Below are positions 35,600 to 47,829 of a stretch of 64,000 nucleotides of DNA, piece by piece. The notes below the pieces were generated by a model. The model was not told where the DNA came from and searched no databases. It saw nothing but the letters and a program-made list of their open reading frames with translations. Positions within the stretch are counted from its first letter, which is position 1. Each line of letters starts with the position of its first letter. The translations under genes and the position numbers were made by a program. This DNA is from Camelus ferus (lineage: Eukaryota): the NCBI RefSeq assembly GCF_009834535.1, contig NC_045696.1, positions 119,104,001 to 119,168,000 of the forward strand, written 5' to 3'.

Positions 35600-35745
35600 G
35601 GCAGTGTTGTGAGTGGGGGAGAGGACAGACTCTTGAGCCAGGCTCAGATGCTGGTTCTGCCATTGATTGGCTGTGTGACTTTGGGAAAGTCACTTAACCT
35701 CTCTGTTCAGTCAGTTTCCTCATCTGCAAATGGAAGATGTAGTAT
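35600..35745 (+). mobile_element. MIR SINE
   Basis: GCTGTGTGACTTTGGGAAAGTCACTTAACCTCTCTG..CAGTTTCCTCATCTGCAAATGG. Confidence 0.85.
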
Positions 35746-38075
35746 TTTGGCTTCTAGCCTCTATTTTTGAAGAAGACTAGCTTGAAGAGGGTGCATGGGT
35801 TTTAATTGACACAACCCACAGTTTTTGCCACAGTGAGTAGAAAGAAGGGGCCGTAGTAGTAGCTTTTGTCACTCTCTCAAGCCTTTTAAATTCCCAGACC
35901 ATTGGGCTGAGAGCAGTTTTCCAGGGAATGGGGCAGCTAAATAACACAGCACCTGGGGGACGGGTTTCCTTGAAGAGAAGCCTTCAACAGGAATGGTTGC
36001 TACAGTAAGTGATCTGCTTGTCTGGAAGCAAATGAGCACTGTTCATTTTTCCATCCTCTCTTTGATGCCTTGAGACATGCCCATAGCATCTCTAATTTTG
36101 TGCTGTAGGTCTTATTGAGCAGAGTGCATCTCTTCTCAAGACTGAATTATATGTTTAAGAAAAGCCTTCTGCTTCACCCAGTTATTCATCAGCCTAGATA
36201 TGAATCGCTAAGCCTGGCTCCCATCTGTGAAAGTCAAGATTTGTGACATTGAAGCCTAGGGGTGAAATGCAAATGCCCTGTGGTTACCCTTCCACAGGGC
36301 CCTCGCACTGAGACAAGTCAGTGCCCGAGGAGGAGCTGGAAGCCATGGGCCTCCAAAGCCCTCCGTTAAGCTGGAGAATCGGCCTTCCCTGATGCCAGCA
36401 TCTGGTCACCCCAGTGACCATGACTGCTCGTCAATAGTAATGAGGTTCAGCTCTTCCCAAAGATCTCCAATTCACTATGAGCTGTTAATTTGTAGATACA
36501 ACTAGATTTTTTTTTTCCTCCTTTTTTTCCCCCTTCCTCTTTTTCTTCCTTCATCACTACTGTAAAAATAAGCGTCAAATTTTTGTTTAGGGAAAGAAAA
36601 AAATATATACATATAAATGAGACTTAGCTCTCTTCAATTGTTGAGAGTTTTTTGTGTCTTCTTGCTCTTTTCACTTGATCTGCTCTCCAGCAGGAAGATA
36701 AAATTGCATTCGATTGGCACGCTCTCCTGCAGGGAACCCAAGATCTGTCCCACCCTTTCTCTGTTCTCCTGCTTGTGATGAAATGGTGGGCACCTCTGGC
36801 AACTGAAACGGGATTGGTGCCGGCGATTTACCTGATATCAGGAAGGAACAGAGTCCTTGACTCATTTTTTTCCCTGTGAAAGAAACACTGTAAGGCTTGA
36901 AGCAGCTGATGCAGTGGGAATAGGAGTGGGTTTTAATGGGGATGCCATGAATAATTTACCCTTATAATGTGATAGTTGCCATTTTTCTAACCAAAAATTT
37001 TCTATTTCAAGCCCTGCTCTATGGATGAAAAGGAGGATCAATTAATATTGAGTGATGACAGCCTCCCTGCAGAGAGAAAATGGGAAATCTTGTGTCGTCA
37101 TCTGCCTGGTGACTAAGAAATAGCTTTTCTTAATTGTACGGAACAGAGAAACCCAGGGGGATGTAATTCATTTCTCTCCAGCTTGCGAAATGTAAATTGA
37201 AAGGAAGGAAAAATAACCACACGCCGGAGTGGGGACGTGAACTCAGCCACAGAACAAGGTCTGACACGTGGGCTCGCTGGAGAGGAGAGGCCGGCTTCCC
37301 CCGGGATGGACCACATCCATCCACAGAGGTGTTGCCCGTGGACCGCGGTTGGCATGGTGGAGCCCCTGCCTGGAGGGCTGGCTCCCACGTCTTCTTTGGG
37401 CTCCTTCCTTCCCCTCTTCCAAGTCTCCGCTAAATGCTGCCTTTTCGGAGGGGTCTTCTCTCACCATCCTGCCTAGAACAGCCCCTCCCCTGGCCCCATT
37501 CACTTGCAGCCTCCATCACCTATTTCTTTCCTTTGAGGAACTTGTCATCATCTGACATCATACCCTTGTTTGTTGTTATTTCTGGGGTCCCCCAACCATA
37601 ATGTGGGCGCCCCAAGAGCATGGCTTTGTTTTGTGCGCTGCTAATCCTCGGAGCCTCAGTGCTGAGGGCTCTTACTAAAGGAGTGAGTGAAGGAGGGAAT
37701 GACGGATGTGACAATTCCAGGATAATTTTTAAACTCTTGAATGTGCACCGCAGACCTCCTTCAAGGTGTGTTGACTCCAGACAGGGAACACAGTTTGAGC
37801 TGATCCTTCTCTGGATCTGTGCCAGGAGCCAGAAGTCCCAGACTGCGCGCATTGCCATCATTCCCAGACCTCTGTGGCATGCCCTCAGAGGAGCCTGTTC
37901 GTCTTCATGGCAGTGATCATAGCGCCTTGTTTGCTCAGGGTCTTCTCCCTTGCTGGGTTATGAGCACCTTGAGGATAGCGGCTGATTCTTCCTCATTAAC
38001 TGCTCTGTCCTGGGCATCTAGCACTGAGCGCCACGGGGCTGCCTCGGGGAGCAGTAAGAGATGCCAGGTTGGAAC

Positions 38076-39022
38076 CATTAGCGGGTAGAGGGACCCCCTA
38101 CATTTGGAAGCCCACGGAAGTGTGGGTCCTTGCCACCAGCTGTGAAAGAATTCGTGCAGCAGAGGCAGAGGGGCAAAGTGAACAGCTGCTTTGTTGCTCA
38201 GAAGAGGGAAAGGAAAGAAAGTGCTGGAGCGGGGAGCCATCAGCCAGCACGGCCACTGGAGACAGCTCCAGCTGCGGCTCCGGCCATGGGGATGTTTATG
38301 GGTGGCTTCTGCCATCGTGTCCTCCTTCCGAGGTGCTGGAGCCAATCGCCTTTCTTTTCTGTCCTTGTGCGGGCTTTTCCAGTTGTTGTCATGGCAGTCG
38401 TCAACTGTCATGTGCTGGTGGGTGTGTCGTTTAGCAGCTGAAGCATCACAGCGAGCGTGTAATGAGGCGCAAGGTCCACTGGAAGGCAGATCCCCGCCAT
38501 CTTGGGCTCTGTTGGTTCTAACCAGTTCTTGTTTCTTCTCTTCGCCTCCTGAGATTCAGATAAGAGTAACTGGTGTCTATTTGAGGGAGAGATATGGGTA
38601 CGATCCTGGGGGCAACAGCCTTGGTAACCAGGACCCTGCCCCAAGGCTGCACTATTGTTTCTTTTAAAAAAAATTTTTTTTCTACAGGGGGAGGTAATTA
38701 GTTTTATTTATTTAGTTAGTTTTTTGATGGAGATACTGGGGATTGAACCCAGGACCTCATGCATGCTAAGCAGGCACTCTACCACTTGAGCTATACCCTC
38801 CCCCTTGAGCTATACCCTCCCCCTTGCACTGTTGTTTCTTGAATGTTCCTCCCTTGTTTCTGCATCCCCTCCCTTCCCTGATTAGCAACTGTTTGAATCT
38901 GCCCTTTGGGACTCAGGGAAGGTCAAGGAGGCTGAATGAAGTCTGTTTCCTGCAGACAAGTAACAGGGAACACCAAAAGAGTTGTACCTTAGGAGGACCC
39001 CACAGGGTCCTGCCTGGTATCA
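38076..39022 (-). mobile_element. ERV1-class solo LTR (MER41/LTR39-like layout), antisense to RFTN1
   Basis: Minus strand starts TGATACC at 39022. Contains CCCCACAGGGTCCTGC, CTCAGGGAAGGTCA, CCGCCATCTTGG, and GAAAGAATTC near the U5 end; decayed poly(A) signal AACAAA near 38190(-). Exact family not determined. Confidence 0.65.
38664..38823 (-). mobile_element. vic-1-type SINE inserted in the LTR, with duplicated head
   Basis: TSD TGCACTATTGTTTCTT (38648-38663) / TGCACTGTTGTTTCTT (38825-38840). Unit CTTGAGCTATACCCTCCCC occurs twice. Confidence 0.9.
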
Positions 39023-40244
39023 CTTCTGCACATTCTTAACTTGACATGATGACGAAACAACTTTTTTTTCTACCCAACAAGATGCAGCTGCTCTTCATAT
39101 GAGTGATCTTGCTCTTTGATCGAAAAGAGGAGACACAGAGTCCCAAATGGCACGGTGTCCTTTTCTGGGTGATGGGAACTATTTCCCTAGTGCAGCCTGC
39201 AGACTGTTCAGCTGGGAGTTGGCATTGCTCAGATATGGATACCATGACTGTTGGGACTTGGCTTTGGCCCTCGGCTGACTCCTCACCTGGCTGGGGTTCA
39301 CTGCCTGGTGGGATGATCTAGGGCACTAAATCCTTAGCGGCTCTCCCCTCCCCAGCCCCCGATTTCCCCCAATTACTTTAATTTTTCCATTATTTCCTCT
39401 GGGATGTGAAAGTACCAAGAGAATCTCCAGAGACTTCCCTGGCGATGTCATTTTATGGCAACATCCAGTTTCCCTTTGGAAATGGGGACCACTCACCTAG
39501 TCAGTACAGTAACCACCATCCCAGCCTCTGATTTCTGTGGCGTTCATAGTCCAGAGTGGCCAAGGGGCAGTCTCACCTTCCTGCTCGGTGAAGCCATTGC
39601 TGCATTATCTGGCGGACACTTTCCTCCCTTGGGAATCAATCCCTCCAAACCAGCAGATCCAAAGTGGTGAGACCAGGAAGCAAAAATTCTATATTAGGTT
39701 TCAGAGGAGAGGGGTCATTCCTCTGTCTACCTCCTTGATCTTCAGAACTGTATGTTTTGGGAGAGGAAGAAATAGAATTGATTCCATTTCTATTCCTCTT
39801 CCTGCAAGCATGGCCTCCACCTTGTCAGGATGTCTCCCACCTGGCTCCGCAGGGAATGTTAGACCAATAAAATGGTTGGTTGGTTTTTCACTTTTGGGGT
39901 TTTTTTTTAGCAATATATAGAATTTTGCAAGCACAGTGGTGGCTGAGCTCTTTTGATAACACTGCATTGCGTGGTGAATCAGTGGTTTAAAAACTGCATT
40001 GGATGGAAGCCTTTTTTTTTTTTTTCCCTCATCTCTCCTTGAGTGCTTTAAAGTGGCCACCAGACGCCCATAGATGTCCAGTCCACAGTTCCCAGCATCA
40101 CCCATCACTGCAGGGCTGGCTGGCTTCTCATGGCCCCAGGATCAGCCTTGTTTATCTTGGAGAAAGGGAGGCCAGTAGCAGCATTAGCTAATTAACCAGA
40201 GGCTGTATGTATCAGTCCATCACCCTGCACGTCAGGGAATAGCG

Positions 40245-40450
40245 CTGGTGGAGTGATTAAAAGCGTAGGCTTTGGGGAGACACAGATCTGGGCATGAGGC
40301 TGCAGACCTGCTGGGAGATCGCCCTCACTGGCTCTGTGACCTCAACACAGTTCCTTAGCCCCTCAGGGTCTCCACTCCTTATGTGTAAAATGGTGATATA
40401 TTTCCCGAGGCTCTTAGAATTGAGTAAAGTCATCAGGTAAGGCCTTGGGT
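40245..40450 (+). mobile_element. MIR SINE
   Basis: GTGGAGTGATTAAAAGCGTAGGCTTTGG..GCTCTGTGACCTC..TGTAAAATGG. Confidence 0.7.
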
Positions 40451-42374
40451 AGATCAGGCTCAGAAAACAGCCAGTTTGATCACACCAAAGAGCCAATTAG
40501 GGGCAGTGTCCAGGAGAACCTGGACGGAAGTTACTACCCAAGATGGAAGTGATGTAAATGATTTCTTGGCCTTTCCTTTCCTTATCTGAAAGTGAGGTTA
40601 TTTTTTCCTAATTGATCCCTGTCCAGGGTCCCATCCACCTCTGGGTTGACGGCAGACCGCAGTTCTCCCCATTGTGTGACCAGAGACTTGGGTCGGCCGG
40701 GGGAGGTCAGTGTTCGCAAGGTTGAGGGCAGCCCGGAGGCGTAGGGCTTGATGCCGCCTGAGGACAGGGCAGGATGGAGAAAAGTGGGGAGACCCTGAGG
40801 AGGAGCTCCCCTTGGGGGCGGGAGCCTCTGGACGGGAGACACTAGTGATGCTTTCTGTCAGTAGAGCGCTTGCGGGAATACAGAGTGCCTTCGGGGGCTC
40901 TATCTTGTTCAGTCCTTTGACAATTAGGAACGTGAGTCTTACTGGGCTTCTCAATATGTGTGTGAGAAGGTGATCAATTTGGGGAAATCTCGTGCCTGCA
41001 GCAAGCCTGGTGACCTGTGTCACGGCGTCTGGCCCAGTTGTTTGTTGGTTGGTCTTGCCCAGTTTTGGGAGCTGAGGTCTTTTACTCCAGCCAGCAGTGT
41101 TGAGGTGACTCTGCTGAAGGGACAGACAGGGTGACTGCAGAGAAATTACGGTGCATGTGCTTGTGCGTGTGCTGCACATGGGTGATGTGGGTGTTACTGG
41201 CGAGGACGTCCATGGTCAACGGTGATTTCCCAGGAACATTCAGAGGTCACCCCACCCAGTGTGACCATGTGCAGATAAGGACGCCGTGGCTATTGGTGGA
41301 GAAAGAGCTCGCCCAGGGCCCGTCCTGCCGATGGCGCCAGGTTTCTTGGCGGCTCCTGGTCTCACTGTGGCCCTACATTGGCCACGTTCCTCAGCTTTTG
41401 ACCATGTGACACCGTGTTAATTACTTGGGCTTCAGACGTTCCCTCCTGTGTGATTAGGAAAGCAGATGATGGGCCTGGAAAGGTCATCGTGCGTTGGGAC
41501 AAAGCCCGCCTCTGTTTCAGATAGGAAGTCACCGTCACCTATTGTTGGACACGACAGCATTATCTCTGCCTTGCTGAGCTGCACACCTAGTTGGGCCGGC
41601 GTCCTGGTAATTCCAGAACATTCCAGCCGTGTCTCACCCTTGCCTCCCGCCGTCCCCCGGTCAGAAGTCCTGGAACCCTTTGGGCTCCTGTTCCGAGTTC
41701 TCCCTCCTCTTTCCGGCCTCATTGTTTGGGGTCTTGTTCTGAGAACTTTTTAGGCTCTGACTGCTTCTCCTCACCAGACGGGGAGGGGATGGGGGCTCCT
41801 GGCTCCGGTTTGTACCTGCCTGCGTTGAGGTTTTCTGCTGCTTTCATATTTTCAGAGTCTCATCAATTCCTGGGTCTCAATTCTCTGTCACCGTGAGGTG
41901 GAGGGCTCTGTGGGGAGGATGTCCCCTTGCTCCGTGGCTCCCTGTCCCACAACACGTGTTGCCTTTTTAAAGGCAAAATCCCAAGTTTCATAAACAATGA
42001 TAACACTCCTCACGTCATTCAGACTAAAAAAAGAAAAAAGAAAATGTGATTTTCCCTCCTCAACTCCTAAGCAGTTGCTTTTTTTTTTTAACAGCTTAAG
42101 CTTCTTAATGCTGTGTCAGCTGTTAGGGAACGGGGAAGGAAAAGAAAAGAAAAGCAGTGAGAGCAAGAACCAAAAGCAGGAGGTGCTTGTCCGCCCCACA
42201 CCCAAACCTGCAGTGAGGACTCCTATAAAGATGCGATCGGCGATCACGTGTGAGGCAAATTCGGAGTCTGTGTGTTGTGTGCGCGCTGATGAGATGATTG
42301 GGGAAAAAAGGCACTTGTGTAAATTTCCCAGGATCACTTTTTTAAAAGGATGGTTTCCTTCTAAACCACATCTT

Positions 42375-42630
42375 TTGGGGGGGGGGAGGGGCAGTTAATT
42401 AGGTTTGTTTGTTTGTTTATTTATGTAATGGAGGTACTGGGGACTGAACCCAGGACCTCATGAGTGCTAAGCATGCACTCTGCCACTGAGCTATACCTTC
42501 ACCCCCCAATATTTTATTTTATTTTATTCTTTAAGTTAAATTAGTTTTTTTTAATGGAGGCACTAGGTATTGAACCTAGGACCTCGTGCATGCTAAGCAC
42601 GTACTCTACCACTGAGCCCCACCCTACCCC
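42375..42630 (-). mobile_element. Two tandem vic-1-type SINE units within one TSD
   Basis: tRNA-like heads at ~42428-42507 and ~42554-42630. Outer TSD CTAAACCACATCTT (42361-42374) / CTAAACCGTATCTT (42631-42644). Confidence 0.88.
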
Positions 42631-42783
42631 CTAAACCGTATCTTAAAGCCTTTCAAATTCAAAGGAAGAAAAGAAAATGTTTCAGAGTAAAATTAATTCT
42701 ACTTTTTAGACGTAGTTTTTGGGTCAAATCTGTGACATGGCTGAGTTGTACTTTTCATGTGTTTTGTACATTTTATAATTCTT

Positions 42784-42911
42784 TTTGGGGGGGGCAGTAA
42801 TTAGGTTTATTTATTTACTTTTTTTTTTTTTTGATGGAGGTACTGGGGATTGAACCTAGGACCTTGTGCATTCTAAGCAGATGCTCTACCACTTAAGCTA
42901 TACCCCTCCCC
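42784..42911 (-). mobile_element. vic-1-type SINE
   Basis: tRNA-Ala-like head plus AAACCTAATTAC tail. TSD ATTTTATAATTCTT / ATTTTTTAATTCTT. Confidence 0.9.
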
Positions 42912-43099
42912 AATTTTTTAATTCTTAAGGAACTTGGAATAACCAATTCACTGTGCATTTGTGCTTCTTTGAAGAACTTTTATGAGGGAGTCGTTGAAAA
43001 TGGAAGAACGGATCCAGGTGCCACTCCCAGTCCTGTCATCAGCCAGCTGAGTGGGTCTGGTCCAGTCACCTCCCCTCTCTTACCTCCTGTGTCTTCAGC

Positions 43100-43320
43100 A
43101 CTTGACTCTGTGCCGAGGTGCTCTGTAGACCTGACTGTGAATTATCACACTACTCCTGCGAGGCATGGGCTGTTACTATCAACATTTTCCAGTAGGAAAC
43201 TGAGGTTCAGAGAGGCCAAGTAACTTGCAGAGGGAAACACAGCTTTTCTGTCATGAGTTGGAATTTGAAGCCGGGCTGTCTGACTTCTAAGCCCACAGCG
43301 GTGACCACTATGCATACTGT
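43100..43320 (-). mobile_element. MIR SINE
   Basis: AGGAAACTGAGGTTCAGAGAGGCCAAGTAACTTGC..GGAATTTGAAGCCGGGCTGTCTGACTTC. Confidence 0.8.
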
Positions 43321-44903
43321 TCCCTCCTTCTGCACAAAATAGGCTGTAACATGTGGCTCAATTTTACTTTTTAAAAAGATTTCTGGTGGTAAATCGGCAT
43401 TATAAGCTTTGATTTATAAGAACACATTATTTCTTTGGGATTATTTAAAAATATTTTTAAATAAAGACATTTATTTAAAAACATATTTAAAAAGATTGTG
43501 CATATTAAGAGAGTTTGCTTCAATGTACCATTTCTGGAAACAGACGTGAAAAAGTGGGAGCCACCTGTATTTTTATGTTGTTGATGTAGCATACGTGAAG
43601 CTTTTCAAAGCACTTTTTCTGGCTGGACCTGGCTTCTTTTCTGATTGGTGAAAATTGGCTCAGGCCAGAGTTGGCTTCAGCGTGTGTCCTTCCCATTTTT
43701 AATCTGAGATTTTATTTTAGCCTTATCTTTTTTTCTGAGTCAAGTTTTGTTTTGTTTAAACTCCAACAGCTGGGTTGTATGCACAACTAATGGCATCGAA
43801 GTGGAAAAGAAATTTCCCTTGGGCAAGTGCTAAGCCAATCCACGTGAGTAGAGACGTAGATGGGAGGTAACAGAAAGGAAGACAGAGGAGCAGGCTCCAG
43901 ACCCCATCACCACCCCATCTCCACTCTGCTGGGGCTGACTTAGCCATTCAGCATCTGATCCAAACATAGTAAAGACACTGAAAACATCTGAAAAGGTTTC
44001 CGTGGCTTGGAAGAGAAAACACCGCGATGGGGGCAGGGAGAGGGGACAGTGTGTCCCCTCCTTCTGTCAGTGCTCTGGCTCTGAGTCTGGATCCTGGGGT
44101 AGGGGTACAGTCAGTGGCCACAGGGTGTAGACAGACAGCATCTTAAAGGAGCCCTGCTTCTCTGTGAGAACTCTCAACAGAATCCAGGACATCAAAAATG
44201 AACAGCAGTGAGGATTGGGAAAATCCTGAAGATAAGTTTCCCAATGAAAAAATAAAAAGCGTGTTGCCTGAAAGGGAATGAGGTACGAGCCGCATAAATT
44301 AAGCTGACAGAATTTCCAGAGAGGAAAAGTGTGCTGAGGCATCGCCAAGGGGGACATCGAAATACAAGTCAGCCAGTTACCGCTCAGGGGCTGGAGTCTC
44401 CCAGCTGGTGTGCGTGTGTTCTGAGCAAGTGCTTCCTGAATGCTCTGAGTCTGCTGGGCTCTGTTTCTAGAGAAAAGACAACGATCATGACTGGGAAAGG
44501 TGCGCTGAGGATTCACTGGGGTCAGTGAGAATGCACCTGTCTTTCCCAGCCTCCTTCCCCAGGGCAGAACCCCTCACGAGGCACGGTGAAGACCGAGGGT
44601 CCACTCCCCACCCTGTTTGCTGTGAACAGCTCTCAGCCCCCTCCCTGGAGAGAAGGTTGCTTTCTGTGGTTGGTGGGTGTTTCATTTGAAAGCTAAGAAT
44701 GGGCTTGAGGTCAGGCTCAGAAGGAAAGGAGGGGAGGCTGGTCCCCTGGAAACTGCCTACTGCCTTCTTCTTGGTAGTGGTTATCAGTGGGCAGAGAGGA
44801 GGAGTCCACTGGGTCCTTTCATGGGCTTCCTGAACCACTGATTGGAAATTGAGAGTAGATGCTGTCTGAGGTCTCTTCAAGCTTTGCAATTCAGTAAATT
44901 TTT

Positions 44904-45708
44904 AAAATATATTTTTATTGAAGTATAGCCAGTTTACAGTATTGTGTCAACTTCTGGTGTATGGCACAATGCTTTAGTCATCTAGAAACATATATATATT
45001 TGCTTTCATATTCCGTTTTTAAGATATGTTTTTTCCTTTCTCAGTTTTATTAGGTAGAATTATTACAGTTCGATTGCACATACACGTTATATTGCATATA
45101 AATACATATATACGGTATACTGCACATTTTTTTAGTTTACATATGTGTACTGATCATTGATTCTAAGAATAGGTTAGAGCTTTAGCTTTTTAAACTTACA
45201 TAATTATCCAAAGGAATAAAACGTTTTCATATTCTTTTTAACCATAAGTTACTATAAGATATTGAATATAGTTTCTTGTGCTGTACAATGTAAACTTGTT
45301 GTTTACTATTTTATATTTAGTAGTTAGTATCTGAAAATCGCAGTTTATCCCTTCCCACCCTCTTCCCCTCCTGGTAACTGTAGTTTGTTTTCTATGTCTG
45401 TGAGGCTGTTTCTGTTTTGTAAATAAGTTTGTTTGTCTTTTTTTTTTAATTCCACATATGAGTGATATCATATGGTATTTTTCTTACTCTTTCTGGCTTA
45501 CTTCACTTAGAATGACGATCTCCAGGTCCATCCATGTTGCTGCAAATGGCATTATTTTATTATTTTTTATGGCTGACTAGTATTCCATTGTATAAATATA
45601 TCACAACTTCTTTATCCAGTCATCTGTGGATGGACATTTAGGCTGTTTCCATGTCTTGGCTATTGTATATAGTGCTGCTGTGAACATTGGGGTGCCTGTA
45701 TTCTTTTG
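44904..45708 (-). mobile_element. Camelid L1 3' end (ORF2 tail + 3' UTR), interrupted by a 211-bp insert
   Basis: Same L1 terminus as the 8107-9101 copy. AATTCAGTAA direct repeats at 44888-44897 and 45712-45721. Confidence 0.88.
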
Positions 45709-45784
45709 TGTAATTCAGTAATTTTTGCAGTATCTTTGCTGTCATAAGTAAATGACTATAGAGATTTTTATAGCTATTACATCT

Positions 45785-45960
45785 TTTTCTTAATTGAAGG
45801 ATAGTCAGTTTACAATGTTGTGTTAATTCCTGGTGATAGCATAGTGATTCATTTGTATATATATACAATATTCCTTTCCATATTCTTTTTCACTATAGGC
45901 CATTACAAGATACTGAATATAGTTCTCTGTGTTATCCAGTAGGTCCTTGTTGTTTATCTG
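45785..45960 (-). mobile_element. Camelid L1 3' tip
   Basis: TTAATTGAAGGATAGTCAGTTTACAATGTTGTG..AGTAGGTCCTTGTTGTTTATCT; CATCTTT flanks. Confidence 0.82.
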
Positions 45961-46594
45961 CATCTTTAAAATAGAGTAAAATACTGTGACTTTTTTCATG
46001 ACAAATTCTGGAGTAGGAATGAGGTTCTCGATCAGAGCTTTATTCCTTTGCCTGTTGGGATGGCCAGATGATGTATCTTGAAGGGGTCTTCCTTTCAGGA
46101 GCAGGACAGACAGGACAGGGAGGATGGAAAGTGAGTTTGAGGAGAGATACAGGATTGAGGGTTCCCGTGTAGGCTGTGCTCAGGGGCTGGGACTCTGGAA
46201 CTGGGCACTGGGAAGCCATGGAAGAATTCAGAGCATGAGTGACACGGACTGGTGGGCATTTCAATGGCTCACCAATGGAAATGGGAGCTACGTTCTGCTA
46301 TTGCCTTTCTGTCTATGGAAAAATCCAAGCACTGGGAGAACCAACTTTGGGTGGTCTGAGGGCCCTTTCTTCCTCATTCCTCACCTCTTAGAGGAGTTTA
46401 TGTTTCTTTATAAGGACACGATTCTATTACTTTTATACATAAGTCTTTTTCCTCTGTTGCATCTTACTTTGCACTCTTCAGCCAGAAATGCGTTTTTCCT
46501 GGGAAAATGTGGCCCCATAGTTGGCTGGATGCAGACATGCTCAGCTTGGCCTTCTGCATAAGATAATAGTGCAATAAAAAAGACTAGCTGCTCT

Positions 46595-47135
46595 GAGTAC
46601 TGTTTACCATGGCCCAGACATGGAAGCAACCTAAGTGTCCATTGACAGATATCTGGATAAAGAAGTTGTGGTATATTTATACAATGGAATACTATTCAGC
46701 CATAAAAAAGAATGAAATAATGCCATTTGCAGCAACATGGGTGGACCTGGAGATGATCATACTAAGTGAAGTAAGTCAGACAGAGCAAGACAAGTATCAT
46801 ATGATATCACTTATATGTGGAATCTAAAAAAATGAGACAAATGAACTTAGTTACAAACCAGAGACAGACTCACAGACATAGAAAACAAACTTGTGGTTAC
46901 CAAGGGGTAAAGGGGAGGGTGGAAGGGTAAATTCGAGGTTTGAGATTTGCAGATACTAACTACTATGTATGAAACAGATAAACAACAAAGTCATACTGTG
47001 TAGCACAGGGAACTGTATTCAGTACCTTGTAATAGCCTGTGATGAAAAAAAAATGTGTATAACTGAATCACTGTGCTGTACACTAGAAATTAACACAACA
47101 TTGTAAACTGACTATACTTCAACAACAACAGAAAA
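46595..47135 (+). mobile_element. Camelid L1 3' end (ORF2 C-terminus + 3' UTR)
   Basis: ORF 46609-46827 TWKQPKCPLTDIWIKKLWYIYTMEYYSAIKKNEIMPFAATW..ICGI* is the L1 ORF2 C-terminus; ACTAGCTG on both flanks. Confidence 0.92.
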
Positions 47136-47829
47136 ACAACTAGCTGACCTCACAGGGGTGTGTGTGTGTGTGTGATAATTTTGGTGATCTCATGATTCTG
47201 AAATTTTGAGTGTCTGTAATTGACATGGGGTGCTAAATTGCACCACTCATTAGATTGTACAATTTTATGAAAAAGAAGCAAATTACCATCATACTTGTTT
47301 GAAGCAGAGAAGGGAAAAAGGAAGATGGCCTTCCTCTTAAGTCATTGTTAAGTTTGAAACTGTATCAGATTTTTTTTCTGTTTTGTTTAGTCACATACTT
47401 GTGTGTGTATGTGTGTGTGTGTCCGTCCCCTTCTGAGTTGCCATCCTCTGTTGGGGACATTTCCCCCTCCAGCGCAGGGACTGCCTTGATGAAAGCTCCC
47501 AGCAATCAAATGCATAAAAATTGAACGCACTCCACAGGATTCTTTTCATTGTTCTGCCTTACAAGTTTCTTTTCTGAACGACAACAATAAAAAGAGCCCT
47601 GTGAAATATTAAGACTTTCTTACCTCACAGTGGCATCCTTGGCTACTTCCCTTCTCTTATTTGTTTCAGCAGATTTCCAAGGTGACTACTGAAATCCCCC
47701 GAATCTTCCAGAGATAGAAAGGCCCTTCATTGTGTTTGCTGGGACACCTTCTTTTCCCAGAGTGGGGCTGTTTGGTTTAAAATCGCCCCTCTCTCTTCGC
47801 TGCGTTCATCTTAAAAAATGATTACAATA

